The translations under genes and the position numbers were made by a program. A stretch of 48,851 bases of DNA from contig NC_068999.1 in NCBI RefSeq assembly GCF_001194135.2, positions 13,260,933 through 13,309,783 of the forward strand, written 5' to 3'. Of the stretch, positions 21,299-34,492 are shown piece by piece (positions within the stretch are counted from its first letter, which is position 1; the number at the start of each line of letters is the position of its first letter). The notes beneath the pieces were generated by a model that saw nothing but the letters and a program-made list of their open reading frames with translations, was not told the DNA's origin and did not search any database. The DNA comes from Octopus bimaculoides. Taxonomy: Eukaryota.

Positions 21299-22628
21299 TA
21301 TGCTGCCATTGGTCCCCCGAAAAACTATTAAGTAGTGACAATGTACGTTACCTTGTTACATATTTCAGTGGAGAAAGAAGGATGAAAATACTCATAGAGA
21401 ATATAACATTCTGGTCTAAATAAATTTCAAACAATTGTAAGTAATGCCATGTTAGGCTGCATTTATGCATTTACAGATATAAGACCATAAAATTATACAT
21501 TAGGCTGAGTTTTCTGTGGACATTAAGAATTATAATTTCACACTGAATAATAAAGTTAATATAATTGATTTTAGAAATTAAGGAAAATTCTACATTAACT
21601 CCGTGTGTAAATTATTTTCTGTAAACATTCGGGCTTTATTGTTATATATTTTGTCGATAATTTACAAATATACACGGAATCGAATTTAATATGTAAATTA
21701 CGCTGATGGAAGAAGTATAATCGCATTAGCTAAGAAATTTGTATTACGTTGTATATGATATGGGGAAAAACGGTGAAAACTGTAATAAATTCAAAGGTAG
21801 TTAATATTTCAAACAAAATATAGGGAGAATGAGTGCTGCGAATTTTATTGATTTATGAATATTAATCGAAGTTCAGACAGAAACACATGTGATCATGTTT
21901 GCATATATGTACGTATATATATNNNNNNNNNNNNNNNNNNNNNNNNNNNNNNNNNNNNNNNNNNNNNNNNNNNNNNNNNNNNNNNNNNNNNNNNNNNNNN
22001 NNNNNNNNNNNNNNNNNNNNNNNNNNNNNNNNNNNNNNNNNNNNNNNNNNNNNNNNNNNNNNNNNNNNNNNNNNNNNNNNNNNNNNNNNNNNNNNNNNNN
22101 NNNNNNNNNNNNNNNNNNNNNNNNNNNNNNNNNNNNNNNNNNNNNNNNNNNNNNNNNNNNNNNNNNNNNNNNNNNNNNNNNNNNNNNNNNNNNNNNNNNN
22201 NNNNNNNNNNNNNNNNNNNNNNNNNNNNNNNNNNNNNNNNNNNNNNNNNNNNNNNNNNNNNNNNNNNNNNNNNNNNNNNNNNNNNNNNNNNNNNNNNNNN
22301 NNNNNNNNNNNNNNNNNNNNNNNNNNNNNNNNNNNNNNNNNNNNNNNNNNNNNNNNNNNNNNNNNNNNNNNNNNNNNNNNNNNNNNNNNNNNNNNNNNNN
22401 NNNNNNNNNNNNNNNNNNNNNNNNNNNNNNNNNNNNNNNNNNNNNNNNNNNNNNNNNNNNNNNNNNNNNNNNNNNNNNNNNNNNNNNNNNNNNNNNNNNN
22501 NNNNNNNNNNNNNNNNNNNNNNNNNNNNNNNNNNNNNNNNNNNNNNNNNNNNNNNNNNNNNNNNNNNNNNNNNNNNNNNNNNNNNNNNNNNNNNNNNNNN
22601 NNNNNNNNNNNNNNNNNNNNNNATATAT

Positions 22629-22667
<39 letters not shown>

Positions 22668-22699
22668 CCTACCTACCTACCTACATATCAATAAACACC

Positions 22700-23302
22700 C
22701 GGGAATAGTACTTATATTAAGCAGAAGGAGTACCCGAGAACAAGGAATGTAAGATACAGTAGTACTTTATAATTCAATGTGACACCCTCATCGATGCTCA
22801 GAGACCAGATACTGTTGTGGTAGATACAGGAAAAAGAAAACGAAATGAAGATTATAGATACTGCATTACTTGGCGATGCACGCATAAGTAACAAGGAACT
22901 AGAAAAGGTTGAAAAATGCAGACTACTAAAAACAAAATTGAAAGAATAAGAAGAATGTCTGTGATCCCAGTATTAATAGGGGACACTCAGAACATTAATA
23001 ACTAAGTTCTAGAAATATAGCAGAGAAATGGGTTTTAACACGAGAGTAGAGCAAATGGAAAACACAGCTCTGCTGGAGACGCCTAGAATTTGGAGATTGG
23101 ATTATGTAGATGTCTTATTTTATTGAGTGCTTTCTTCAAATTATTTCTCTACAGCCCTGTGTCACTTGGACATGCACAGCATTGTGTTATTATTGAATGT
23201 CTTCTTGGATAATTAACAACGAAGTATGAATGCTTATAAAGTGCAGGAGGAGACACTGTTTGACACCTGATGTTCTGAGAAGTATAAGAAAATGAAACAA
23301 CT
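22700..23302 (+). mobile_element. R4/Dong-type LINE 3' end (restriction-like endonuclease domain + 3' UTR)
   Basis: IQCDTLIDAQRPDTVVVD, KIIDTALLGDARISNKELEKVEK, VIPVLIG, TALLETPRI match the RLE motif RPDxVxxD...IIDxAxPGD...KExEK and the TALLGTARI end. Confidence 0.85.
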
Positions 23303-23304
23303 AC

Positions 23305-23353
<49 letters not shown>

Positions 23354-23363
23354 GTAATAGTAA
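23303..23363 (+). repeat. (TAA)n microsatellite at R4/Dong 3' junction
   Basis: Directly visible. Confidence 0.95.
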
Positions 23364-24940
23364 TGCTTTATAGTGAAACTGTACACCTCTCTCGGTAAAA
23401 AAAAAGTGGTAGTAGCCAGCCATTATAAATAGTTCAGGAGCCGATGGACAGACAGAATGTCAGCTGACCTTAGTCACCTTAACTACCCGAACATATTTAA
23501 CCGCATAATTTGTTTACACATCCCCAATACAAATATGTTCATTGCTTCAGTATTATGCAAAATATGCTCTTTTGTTTGGTCAAGGATATATTTACAGTCA
23601 CTGCTGAGAAGTTTCAAACCTTTCTATCTAAATCATATTACAATAAAACAGTACAATAAATTAATTTTTAAAACTAGGAAGAAAACTAAATATCTTGGAT
23701 TCAGATCTCATTTATTTTGAAATATCCACTTTGAAAATATCCATTTTGTGGAATTTTTTTAATATCTCTGTTGAATACTAATATTCAAAAATAACATAAC
23801 AGTCTATCTCCGTTACAATATGCATTAAGTCAAAATTTGAACTAAAGATTGCTCATTGAAATGAAACTTGAGTTTGTCACATGGGTTAACTAAGCATAAT
23901 CGACGTCTACATCCCACAACTGAGCCACAACTGTGCTACACAATCTGTAACGCACTCTCTCTGAGCCAGAAGTGTAAAGAATGGAGCAAAAATAATAAGT
24001 TACCATCTAGTAATTTACGAGAACTTAAGAAAATCTGGGGTGACAAAACCCTCCATGTGAGTATCATAGGTTTAAGTAGGGGCGGATTTCCCACTAAAGG
24101 CTCTATAATCTAGAAACGTAAACCGATTGATAAATACAAACATGAAATCGAACAATATGAAAAGGGCAGGGCACAGAGTGTAGAAACTAAATGTTTCATA
24201 TCTACGACACATGAACTCACTCTACAAATATTTAAACAGGTGCAGTTGATTATGGTGTGCAATACAGTAAGTAAATGCTGACTAATATTTTAGATGGGAC
24301 AGTAACAATTGACCACATTATGAGCGACGGTTGTCATTAACTACACTGCATTATGAAGCACCAACAGAAAGCAAATAGTAGAGAAAAATATACCAGGGAG
24401 TTCTCTGGCGTGGATGAGCAAATATTATGAAGAATATTGAATTATATGGGGATTGAAGGATAACGTACTACATGTTGGTTTATAGAATATGAATTGTTAA
24501 AAAAGAAAAGGGGCCTCTTAATCGATGGCTGAGACTCCACCGATTTTAAAGCATCACTAAATTATTCGCCATATTTTTAAACAAGTAGACGCTCAGGTAC
24601 ACACTGATATATGAATAAATGAAATCGAGTTTAGATATTAAATCTGAATGCATCTTTATAATAATAGCTAATTCCTGAAGTAAATTCCACAATTTCCAAA
24701 ATTAACAAATATGCAGAAGATGTGCAAAATTGGATAACTATATGCCACGCATACTCAAAATTCTGTAATTTCAGTAAAACAAGCATAGCATAACAATAAC
24801 ACAATGCTGTGCCGGTTCAAGTGACACAGGGCTGGAGAAAAGTTATACAAAGAAAGCACGCAAGAGAATAAGACAACTACATAATCCCCAAAAAAGTATC
24901 ATAAAAGAAATGATTATTAGAATAATAATGATGCATCCGG

Positions 24941-24944
24941 TAGC

Positions 24945-25030
<86 letters not shown>

Positions 25031-25056
25031 CAGTGGCAGAAGAAGTGGCAATGGTA

Positions 25057-25090
<34 letters not shown>

Positions 25091-25091
25091 T

Positions 25092-25145
<54 letters not shown>

Positions 25146-25183
25146 ATAATGGTAGTAGTAGTAGTAACAGTAGCAGCAGTAGT
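24941..25183 (+). repeat. (GTA)n/(TAG)n microsatellite
   Basis: Directly visible; source of the poly-Y/poly-T ORF. Confidence 0.95.
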
Positions 25184-25671
25184 AAAATAGATATATCACA
25201 GCCATCGAACCCATAAAAAGTGTTGTCCTTGCAGTTAAAGTTGCTGTTACCTTATTTATCAGGAATGCTATGAATATTAGTCACGATTGCTGTACGATAT
25301 AAAGATACAATTAAATGTATAAGTTTGCGCGGCATGAATAACTTCAGATGGATAAAATCCTTTCATTTTATGTACGTTGCGTCTCAGCAGATAAAATTTA
25401 TATAAATCTAAGGAACACTAAAGCAGATTTTTGTTCAGACATTATTCCTTGAAAATATTTTCATGTTGTTCCTTTTTGCCTCATCCTTATATTTTTTCTT
25501 TAGTTCATGATAATATAAATCTGAAAGTCAAATTCGGAAATATATGAAGAAAGAAGCAAAATAGCAGAATCAGAATTTAATGAACAGAAATTTAGACAAT
25601 ACAGAAACATATAGAAACACATGGTGAATCCTTTCGTATTCACGGTTTCCCTTTTGATATATATATAATAG

Positions 25672-25890
25672 GTGGAGGTGCAAAGGCCCTGTGGTTAGGG
25701 CAGCGGACTCGCCGTCATAGGATCGAGGTTTCGATTCCCAGACCGGGGTATGTGAGTGTTTATTGAGCGAAAACACTTAAAGCTCCACGAGGCTCCGGCA
25801 GGGGGTGTTGGCGAACCCGGTTGCACTCTTTCACCACAACTTTTTCTCACTCATTCTTCTTGTGTCTGTTGTACTTGCATCTCAAAGGAC
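25672..25890 (+). mobile_element. tRNA-derived SINE (octopus OK-like), 3'-truncated
   Basis: ggaggtgcaaaggccctgtggttagggcagcggactcg...gtttcgattcccagaccggg, then tgagtgtttattgagcgaaaacac; stops at gtacttgcatctcaaagg, where the tail shared with 18185-18360 would begin. Confidence 0.8.
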
Positions 25891-27329
25891 TTAGAACATG
25901 AAAATTCATATCTCCTACTTTTGTATATACCGGAGTTTCTGGGTGTGTAAACATACTGGCGGCTTGATTCTCTGGCACCGGTCAAGTCATGTACGCATAT
26001 CGATTTATGCTATTAATCATTGTTTTTTTTTTTTAATTTAAATATATGAAGAAGTGTTTTCATTTTATTTGTTTGTCTCTACTAACGTAATACTGATATG
26101 AAAGTATAATTTCCGGAAATTGAAATCGTAATCAGCACTCAGAGTAAACGTACTTATAACATCCTTACAGATCAGCAAGCGCGTTTTTGTCACCCTATTT
26201 CTGTACGTTTACACAAGCGTGTTTGTATGACTTCATGTAACTTTGCCTATCTGTTTAACCAATAGTGGTGTTTAAGTAGTAGTATACTTTCTTCTCGTAG
26301 TTGTTACTATACTATTCAGTATTAGAATTACTCTTCAAATGCGCATATTTAATTTTCAGTGTTGCATATTTAGAAAGAAATTGTGCTTAATTTATGTATG
26401 ATATGTGTTATTGTTTAAGTAGCTCTCGTCAGTGAATTGTGTTTTATATTTTAGGAAAAATAGATTTCCCAAAATACCCATTTCAGTTGAAATAAAGAAA
26501 TCAGGCATATGTTTGTAGATATGGTTTGCATATGCATATTTATGCATAATTTATACGATCGCTACGTTTATACTCTAGTATCTAATTCTGCACAGCACAA
26601 TCGAGTAGTCATATTTCTTTGTCTATAAATGACTTATAAAACTTTTAAAGATATATTATTTTAAAATTATACTATACTCATACGTTATTTCAAAGCTCTG
26701 AGATATGGTTCTCCTTACATGGAAGTATATACTTTAGCATGGCTTGAAAGGAAATGTTGCTACTAAATGTCATTTACATTTAGATGCGGGTGTATAGTCA
26801 ACAAAAGTAACGTAACTTATATATTCATTTATTTCCTCTTGATGAATTAAATAAAACGCAAACAACATCCGATAATAAGAAATATTTAAAATTCCTATAT
26901 TTTAATAACATTCTCCCTATTCTTGTTTGTTGCCATGATATAAGAAACTTGCCGTTTTATTCTTTGTTTATCAGGTCAAAAATACAAATACCTTCTAAAT
27001 GTAAATTTAGCTCTTGTTGAACGATAGTCTTATTGTGGACATATATAGACTATTAAATATGGTCTGTGGTATTGTTATACATTGTTTATAGTCAAATGTT
27101 AAATATATAATAACTGCTTGAAACAATTTCATGGTGTCACCTATTGATGTTTGCTAAACATGATTGAACCAGTTTCTCGAACGGTGGTGTTTTATAGCCG
27201 AATATAATGTTTTACATCCTAGTAGATTTTCCCATCGTTTGGACATCAAATTCTGATAGAAAGTTGAACATATTAATGGGAAGCTGCTGGTCTAACAAAA
27301 GTATCACAGACTTATTTAATGTGATTTAC

Positions 27330-27451
27330 CATACATTTATTCCTCAAAGAGTAGGGCCATCCATCATCTAGTTTTTTTGTGCAACAAGAAGTAAATTCTC
27401 CAGTCATCCAGAAAAGTATTGTCACAGCGACATCCAGCAAATGCATTCGTA
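27330..27451 (-). other. Candidate internal or first coding exon (unassigned)
   Basis: Acceptor ttttattcag|, donor ATG|gtaaat; open frame RMHLLDVAVTILFWMTGEFTSCCTKKLDDGWPYSLRNKCM, with a signal-peptide-like start. Confidence 0.2.
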
Positions 27452-27643
27452 CTGAATAAAATTTTCGACTTGAACAACAGATAACAGGGAAGCAACAGAT
27501 TCAGTATTATGCTGAAATTTTTAATGTAGGAAAAATAAATATTTATCTCCGTCAATCTTCCAATCAGTGTCTTCAATTTACACGCACACACAAGCACAGG
27601 CACACACACACGTTTGTACAAGTGTTCGTAACTATAGGTATAC

Positions 27644-27678
<35 letters not shown>

Positions 27679-28831
27679 TATNNNNNNNNNNNNNNNNNNN
27701 NNNNNNNNNNNNNNNNNNNNNNNNNNNNNNNNNNNNNNNNNNNNNNNNNNNNNNNNNNNNNNNNNNNNNNNNNNNNNNNNNNNNNNNNNNNNNNNNNNNN
27801 NNNNNNNNNNNNNNNNNNNNNNNNNNNNNNNNNNNNNNNNNNNNNNNNNNNNNNNNNNNNNNNNNNNNNNNNNNNNNNNNNNNNNNNNNNNNNNNNNNNN
27901 NNNNNNNNNNNNNNNNNNNNNNNNNNNNNNNNNNNNNNNNNNNNNNNNNNNNNNNNNNNNNNNNNNNNNNNNNNNNNNNNNNNNNNNNNNNNNNNNNNNN
28001 NNNNNNNNNNNNNNNNNNNNNNNNNNNNNNNNNNNNNNNNNNNNNNNNNNNNNNNNNNNNNNNNNNNNNNNNNNNNNNNNNNNNNNNNNNNNNNNNNNNN
28101 NNNNNNNNNNNNNNNNNNNNNNNNNNNNNNNNNNNNNNNNNNNNNNNNNNNNNNNNNNNNNNNNNTTTGGAACCAAACGAAAAAGAAATTGCCAATATAG
28201 TTGGAAATCCTACTTTTAGTTTAAATATATTTTCTTTGAAGTATGCATTTCGTATTCTTTCTTGTATGTAATTGAAATTCTTCAAAGCTTCAATTATTCA
28301 ATTCTAATTACTTTCTTTTCTACTCACCGAAATATAGCTGTCAAAATCTGGAGGATTCTTAGCAAAAATCTTTCTCACGTAATAACAACATGGATACACC
28401 TCTTTAATTCTTTATTTCTTCATCGGTAATTTTACTGAGGTTTCCTTTGCGTTATACTACATCGATTAGTCAGGCTTGAATTTGGTTTGGTTTGGTTTGG
28501 TTAGGAAGATTTCTTTTTTCCTATAAAAACATTCAAGGTAACTATAAAAATGGTCTAGAAATAGACCTCTTAAATATTTCCAAAATATTAGCACGGTTGT
28601 CAATTTTGTGACTATTATGTAGAAATATTTCTCAAATATTCAATAAGCTATTTATAATATGAATATTGTTGCCATCATTGACAAGTGAAAATATTCGTTA
28701 TTCATTCATCATTGCGCAAGAAATATTGGCAACTTGGCATGTATAACATAATAAAAAATATTTTTCGGACACACACACACACGCACATACACACACTCCC
28801 ACTAATAGCATATATGTGTACATACATATAG

Positions 28832-28879
<48 letters not shown>

Positions 28880-30225
28880 NNNNNNNNNNNNNNNNNNNNN
28901 NNNNNNNNNNNNNNNNNNNNNNNNNNNNNNNNNNNNNNNNNNNNNNNNNNNNNNNNNNNNNNNNNNNNNNNNNNNNNNNNNNNNNNNNNNNNNNNNNNNN
29001 NNNNNNNNNNNNNNNNNNNNNNNNNNNNNNNNNNNNNNNNNNNNNNNNNNNNNNNNNNNNNNNNNNNNNNNNNNNNNNNNNNNNNNNNNNNNNNNNNNNN
29101 NNNNNNNNNNNNNNNNNNNNNNNNNNNNNNNNNNNNNNNNNNNNNNNNNNNNNNNNNNNNNNNNNNNNNNNNNNNNNNNNNNNNNNNNNNNNNNNNNNNN
29201 NNNNNNNNNNNNNNNNNNNNNNNNNNNNNNNNNNNNNNNNNNNNNNNNNNNNNNNNNNNNNNNNNNNNNNNNNNNNNNNNNNNNNNNNNNNNNNNNNNNN
29301 NNNNNNNNNNNNNNNNNNNNNNNNNNTATATATATGTATGTATGTATATTATATATATGTAAAATATTTAGTTATTGAAGTGTGATTTAATCTTTTACGA
29401 AAAATGTAGCAGCATTGCCTCTTACAAATAAAGAGTAGTGTGTACTGTGAAATAGTTTTGTCAACAAGACGAACTATTTCTCTTACGGAGACAAAATTCG
29501 TCTTAGAAATATATTAACTCGTGTGTGTTGAATAAACTTTGCTTGCTTTTTACATTTCGTTTATTCATTTATCATTTTATTTCTTCAACACTATTATTTT
29601 CCAACGCTGTTTCGAAGTTTGTGAACACTGGATTGATTTCTGACATTATTATATCTTAAGTTGGAAAATTATTACTTGTAGTTGAATGAATTTACTTTCT
29701 GTATATTTTCTTATATTTTGACCAACATAAAATCTTTAGCCTAATCCGTACAAACGTTTTGTCTTTAATATATACGCATTCGTCCACTTATTTGACCACA
29801 TATTTCAACAGAGACTAAGGTAAAAGCTTAATTAAAACAGGTTCATTACATGAACAATTTCCGCTAATAATCGTAGGTATTTAAATACTTTGCAACATTA
29901 AATTTTTTCATCGTCTAGCTCTGATAGAACATTTGAGAAAAATTATGTTAATATTTCATGTCTGTTGAAAATCCATATTTATTGCAACTGAAGATATCAC
30001 TGTATTTACATTCATGTGACGCTTGCATCGTTCAATTAAATGGAGCCGCTTGAAGCTGTCGTATTGCAGTCACACTCAACTTCCTGATACTTAATTTAAT
30101 TTTTACACCTTACTTCGAGCTGTTTGGATAATAAAAGACTGACTTCGTGCCCCACCATAAGTATCTAATTCAACAGAATCTCAATTATTATATATGTGCG
30201 TGTGTATGGGTGTGTGTGTGTGTGA

Positions 30226-30288
<63 letters not shown>

Positions 30289-30654
30289 AATATATAACAA
30301 GAGAGAGTTACAGAGACAGTCAAGTATAGATATCTTGTTGTGTCTTGGGAGAGTCATTATGCCAATAATAATATTGCATTCACCTGAGCGTTACATTGCT
30401 AATGACGAGAACTCTCTCCAAAGAGAGGGCCAAATTCGTTTTAACACACTAATAAATAATCTTGCAAACCAAACTCGGAAAAATACATGTAAACAATATG
30501 ATAGGATATGTTCGCAGGATAATACATCCGTTATCGAGAACGAATTACGAGCATTAGTGTCCGAAATTCTCATCGTATCAAAGCTTCATGGTGTCAAGCA
30601 GAATATTTCACGTAATTTGGAAAAGCTTAATATATATGAATAAAAAAGGAAATA

Positions 30655-31207
30655 ACACCATGGACGCGTCTGAAAGGTCTAGAGACAAAGACTTTCCTCT
30701 GTGGGCAATCTCTTATCAACTTCTTCAAATATCACCTGAAGAGGAAGGTGAGAGTAGAAAGAGAAGTCTTGTCTAGTGAATGCTTCAAAAAAAAGATGGG
30801 TGAATGTAGCAAGGATGGCACGTGTGAATGACGGAGCCACCTTGAGCATAACACTATAAAGGAGTAAAAAAAATCCAGAAAAAACAAAACAAAAGGCAAA
30901 AGAGGGTCACTTAATGTTATATTTCCTTCAATAACAATGACAACATTGACCAAAATTACCGTGGTCTTCTCCGTAGGCTTTTCTTTCCACGGCTAAACCT
31001 AAACTGTCCTCCCCTCTTTTTACACGAGAACCTTACTGTGATACGCGATCCCTATTGAACCCCCCCTCTTTTTCTTTTTTTTTTCTTGATCCCGTTTTAC
31101 CTTCCTACAATCCATTTTGATCGACCCAGCCCTATTTTTTCCTTCCCCCTCCCCAAAAAAGCTCTATATTGTATTTCTCCCATATTTGTTGGCTAATTAA
31201 AGAAACG
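30655..31207 (+). mobile_element. Tx1/L1-clade LINE 3' end with 3' UTR
   Basis: WTRLKGLETKTFL.GQSLINFFKYHLKRKVRVEREVLSSECFKKRWVNVARM resembles Tx1 ORF2 C-termini; pyrimidine-rich 3' UTR; ends directly in (TATC)n. Confidence 0.7.
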
Positions 31208-33042
31208 TATCTATCTATTTATCTATTTATCTATCTATCTATCTATTAATCCATACATCTATCTATCTCTACAGACACATACACACATACACACACACAC
31301 GTACAGATATTTACAGACATATGATGAACGTATTAAGCATAAAATATCTCTTGAAAATGTCTTGAAATCATTAATACAACTACTACAAAATATTTGAACT
31401 AGTTTTACAAAGGAAGCGTTTACCTCCGCAAGTACGTTTATTATCAATATAACTGTGAATTACTTGTATTCCTATACGTAATTTAGAAAGCATAATATTT
31501 GAAAGGCTATTATATATAAACTCCAGCTCAGTAACAAATAACAATGAAAGGCAACAACATATACAACACAAAGCTTACGCTTTGAAATGCTCGAAACACC
31601 TGTTGCGTTAGATTTATTGCTTTCAAAATGTTGTTTCGCCGACAGAAACAGTAATACGATCCATTGTTTGTTGGGTTCACTGACAAATATCATTTACTCT
31701 ACATGTTGTAATTGATGTGATATACAATGTTAGAGAAGTAGTTATTTAAAGAAAAGTTGAACGTTCTCACCATTTGTTTTAAATAATTACCTTCAGCGTA
31801 TTGGATACAAGATAATATCTTATTCACAATGGTTTCTGAAAGATGTCAATAGTGATTTGAGTTACATCCTCAAGGAAGTACAGTAAATGTACAGTGCAAG
31901 TTTCAAGGAAAATTATTATATCTTTACATCAGAAATGTTGAAGCGCTTAAGGCACGATGATTTTTTTTAATGTCAAGAAGATGAATTCATTGAAATGCAT
32001 TGGTTGTTAAATTTGATAATCAGTTCCTAACGTTTTAAAAAGGCTTATGTACTTTGTATTACTTTACTCATATAGGGACATTACTTTTTCTCACTTTCTC
32101 TCTTTATATCCACCAATTTGTATATATGGCTATATACACTGTACATACAAACTCAGCCACACACACACAGAAAGACATGTAGGTGTCTCTACAGAGAGAT
32201 GTGTAGATGTATGGCGATGGAGAAATAGAGAGGACTTGTGTGGATATTTATGATAGATTTTGTAATCGGAAATCGAAATAATCCATTATAGTATTAGATA
32301 GATTATATCAATTTGTATTCCGTAATACCGTAATTCGTGAAATTATTAATGGCAACGACAAAAATATGCCGTAGCCATCCGAAATACACATATACACAGA
32401 CAGGCTACATACTGATCGTCACAAGCACACGGACGCAGAAACACATGCATACACACACTCTCATAAACATTCACACACACACCACGAACACACATACACA
32501 CATATATATGATTTGCCTGCTACTGTGTGGAAGGAATATAAAATAAATGATGTAAATTTATACTGGAATGGAAATCGAATCTGAAGCGTATATATGGATA
32601 CATTAACCAAGATCGAAACACTAGATGGGCAATCGTGTAATAGAAACAAATAAGCTACAAAAAATGAAATATGTTTGAAATATTGAATTAAAATGTGAAT
32701 AATAAAAAACAACTTTTTTTTTTAAACTGAACGAGTCCTCTTCATGTATTTCAAAAGAATGGTAAGTATTGAATATAGAAAATTAAAAAAAAAGTAACGA
32801 AGAATGGATAAACATATGCGTACTCAAACAAAAATCGAAATCGAAAGAGACTTCAGATTTATTGAGACAAATTAAATGTTTACATGCAACTACATGTATA
32901 TACATATACTACACGTATTTATCCCTTCGTTCAGCATTTTAATATATAGTAAATACTTTTTATCTATCCGTTGAATGATACATTTTCTACCATAAACGAA
33001 TTCGGAAAGATATTATTCTATGTGAGTAATATTTATGATTTA

Positions 33043-33245
33043 AAAGGCGAAGGGCTGGCAGAATTGTCAGCACACTTAATGGCATTTCGTCCTTTATCAC
33101 GTTCTAAATTCAAATTTCGACGAGTTTGTGCTTGCCTTTCATTTTTCGGTGTCGATAAAATAAGTACCAGTTGCATTCTGGATGTCAATACAATCAACAT
33201 CATCCATTCCCGAATTCGCTGGCCGTGTACCAAAATGTGAAATCA
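33043..33245 (+). mobile_element. Deu/Nin-domain SINE copy
   Basis: ggcgaagggctggcagaattgtcagc, gcatttcgtcc, ttgcctttcatttttcggtgtcgataaaataagtaccagttg. Confidence 0.85.
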
Positions 33246-33949
33246 ACAATTTGTTTTTATACATTTCACTAAATGTTAAGATTCTTCTTAAATGAGTATT
33301 AATATCACAAGTTTATTAATAACACCAGCTTAATATTACTTGTTTATAAATTGATTGTTCACTTACATCTTAATGTATTTTCCTTCTACTAATGACTTAC
33401 TCATTTACAAATATAGACATTTGAGTTATGACAGCTCTCCCTGTAATTTTTGGTTTCACTATTTTCAACGCCGATAATAATATCTAGAATATTATTTATG
33501 ATGTTTGTCTAATACCAGATATATTTTAAAATATGTTTGACATGTTTAATACGTGTAGGTTACTTCATTTAATCTGTGCAAATAATGTATATTTTATCAA
33601 ACACTGGTACATAAAATGTATNNNNNNNNNNNNNNNNNNNNNNNNNNNNNNNNNNNNNNNNNNNNNNNNNNNNNNNNNNNNNNNNNNNNNNNNNNNNNNN
33701 NNNNNNNNNNNNNNNNNNNNNNNNNNNNNNNNNNNNNNNNNNNNNNNNNNNNNNNNNNNNNNNNNNNNNNNNNNNNNNNNNNNNNNNNNNNNNNNNNNNN
33801 NNNNNNNNNNNNNNNATATATACAGACACACATACACACATAGACCGACACATACACAGGCAGACAAACACAGACACTCCCACATATATATGTATGTATG
33901 CTTACATATTTCGTTGTGTAAAATATCGTATAGAAATATCTAGATTATC

Positions 33950-34492
33950 TGTTAATAATGCAATCATTCTTAACCCTTATTCTTTCTGTTCATTCATTAA
34001 AGATGCCTCGGTTGTGCTCTTCATATTGTTGGTCTGGATTAATATATGTTTTCGTTTGTTGAGGTGTTTGTAATGTGGGTTGCCTTTCTAGTGTTCAAAT
34101 GTCTGTAGTTACGTTGGTGTAGAGCGTGTTGGCACGTGATAGTTTCTTGTCTTTAGTGTCCCTCTCTCATCATTTCGTTTTAAGGTTTGTACCACAAATT
34201 TTATTATGTAATTTTATTTCATTTTCACCAGATTCCGTTCTAGTTGCATATGTCTAACATGGTCGAATGTTGCAGGTGAGGCTTCGCTCAGTTGCGATGA
34301 TATTGTATATGTTATCGATTTTCACGTGAGAGGAAACGGTAATTACTGCTGATGTTCTTGTATAGATCTATCCATCTGCTCATTCTTTTGATGACGTAGT
34401 TCTTTTGGATGCAGCTGCTGTTGGCACTGATGGCGTTGGTGTCCAGTAGCAATCAATAGTATTTTAGTGCTGGAGACAGACATTTCGGCTGA
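33950..34492 (-). mobile_element. Possible PLE ORF N-terminal remnant preceded by half of an HHR-like motif
   Basis: Minus frames KRMSRWIDLYKNISSNYRFLSR / KIDNIYNII / QLERNLVKMK recall PLE N-termini; cagccgaaatgtc at 34480-34492 matches the 3' half of the 6621-6666 HHR. Confidence 0.3.

Noticed and set aside
23262-23272. gacacctgatg, identical to the start of the HHR consensus
   Set aside because: No stem II, GAAA or stem I partner follows.
23868-24113. 81-aa ORF with an internal strong donor (cat|gtgagt)
   Set aside because: No recognisable protein and no convincing acceptor.
24843-25214. Poly-Y/poly-T ORF
   Set aside because: It is the (GTA)n microsatellite.
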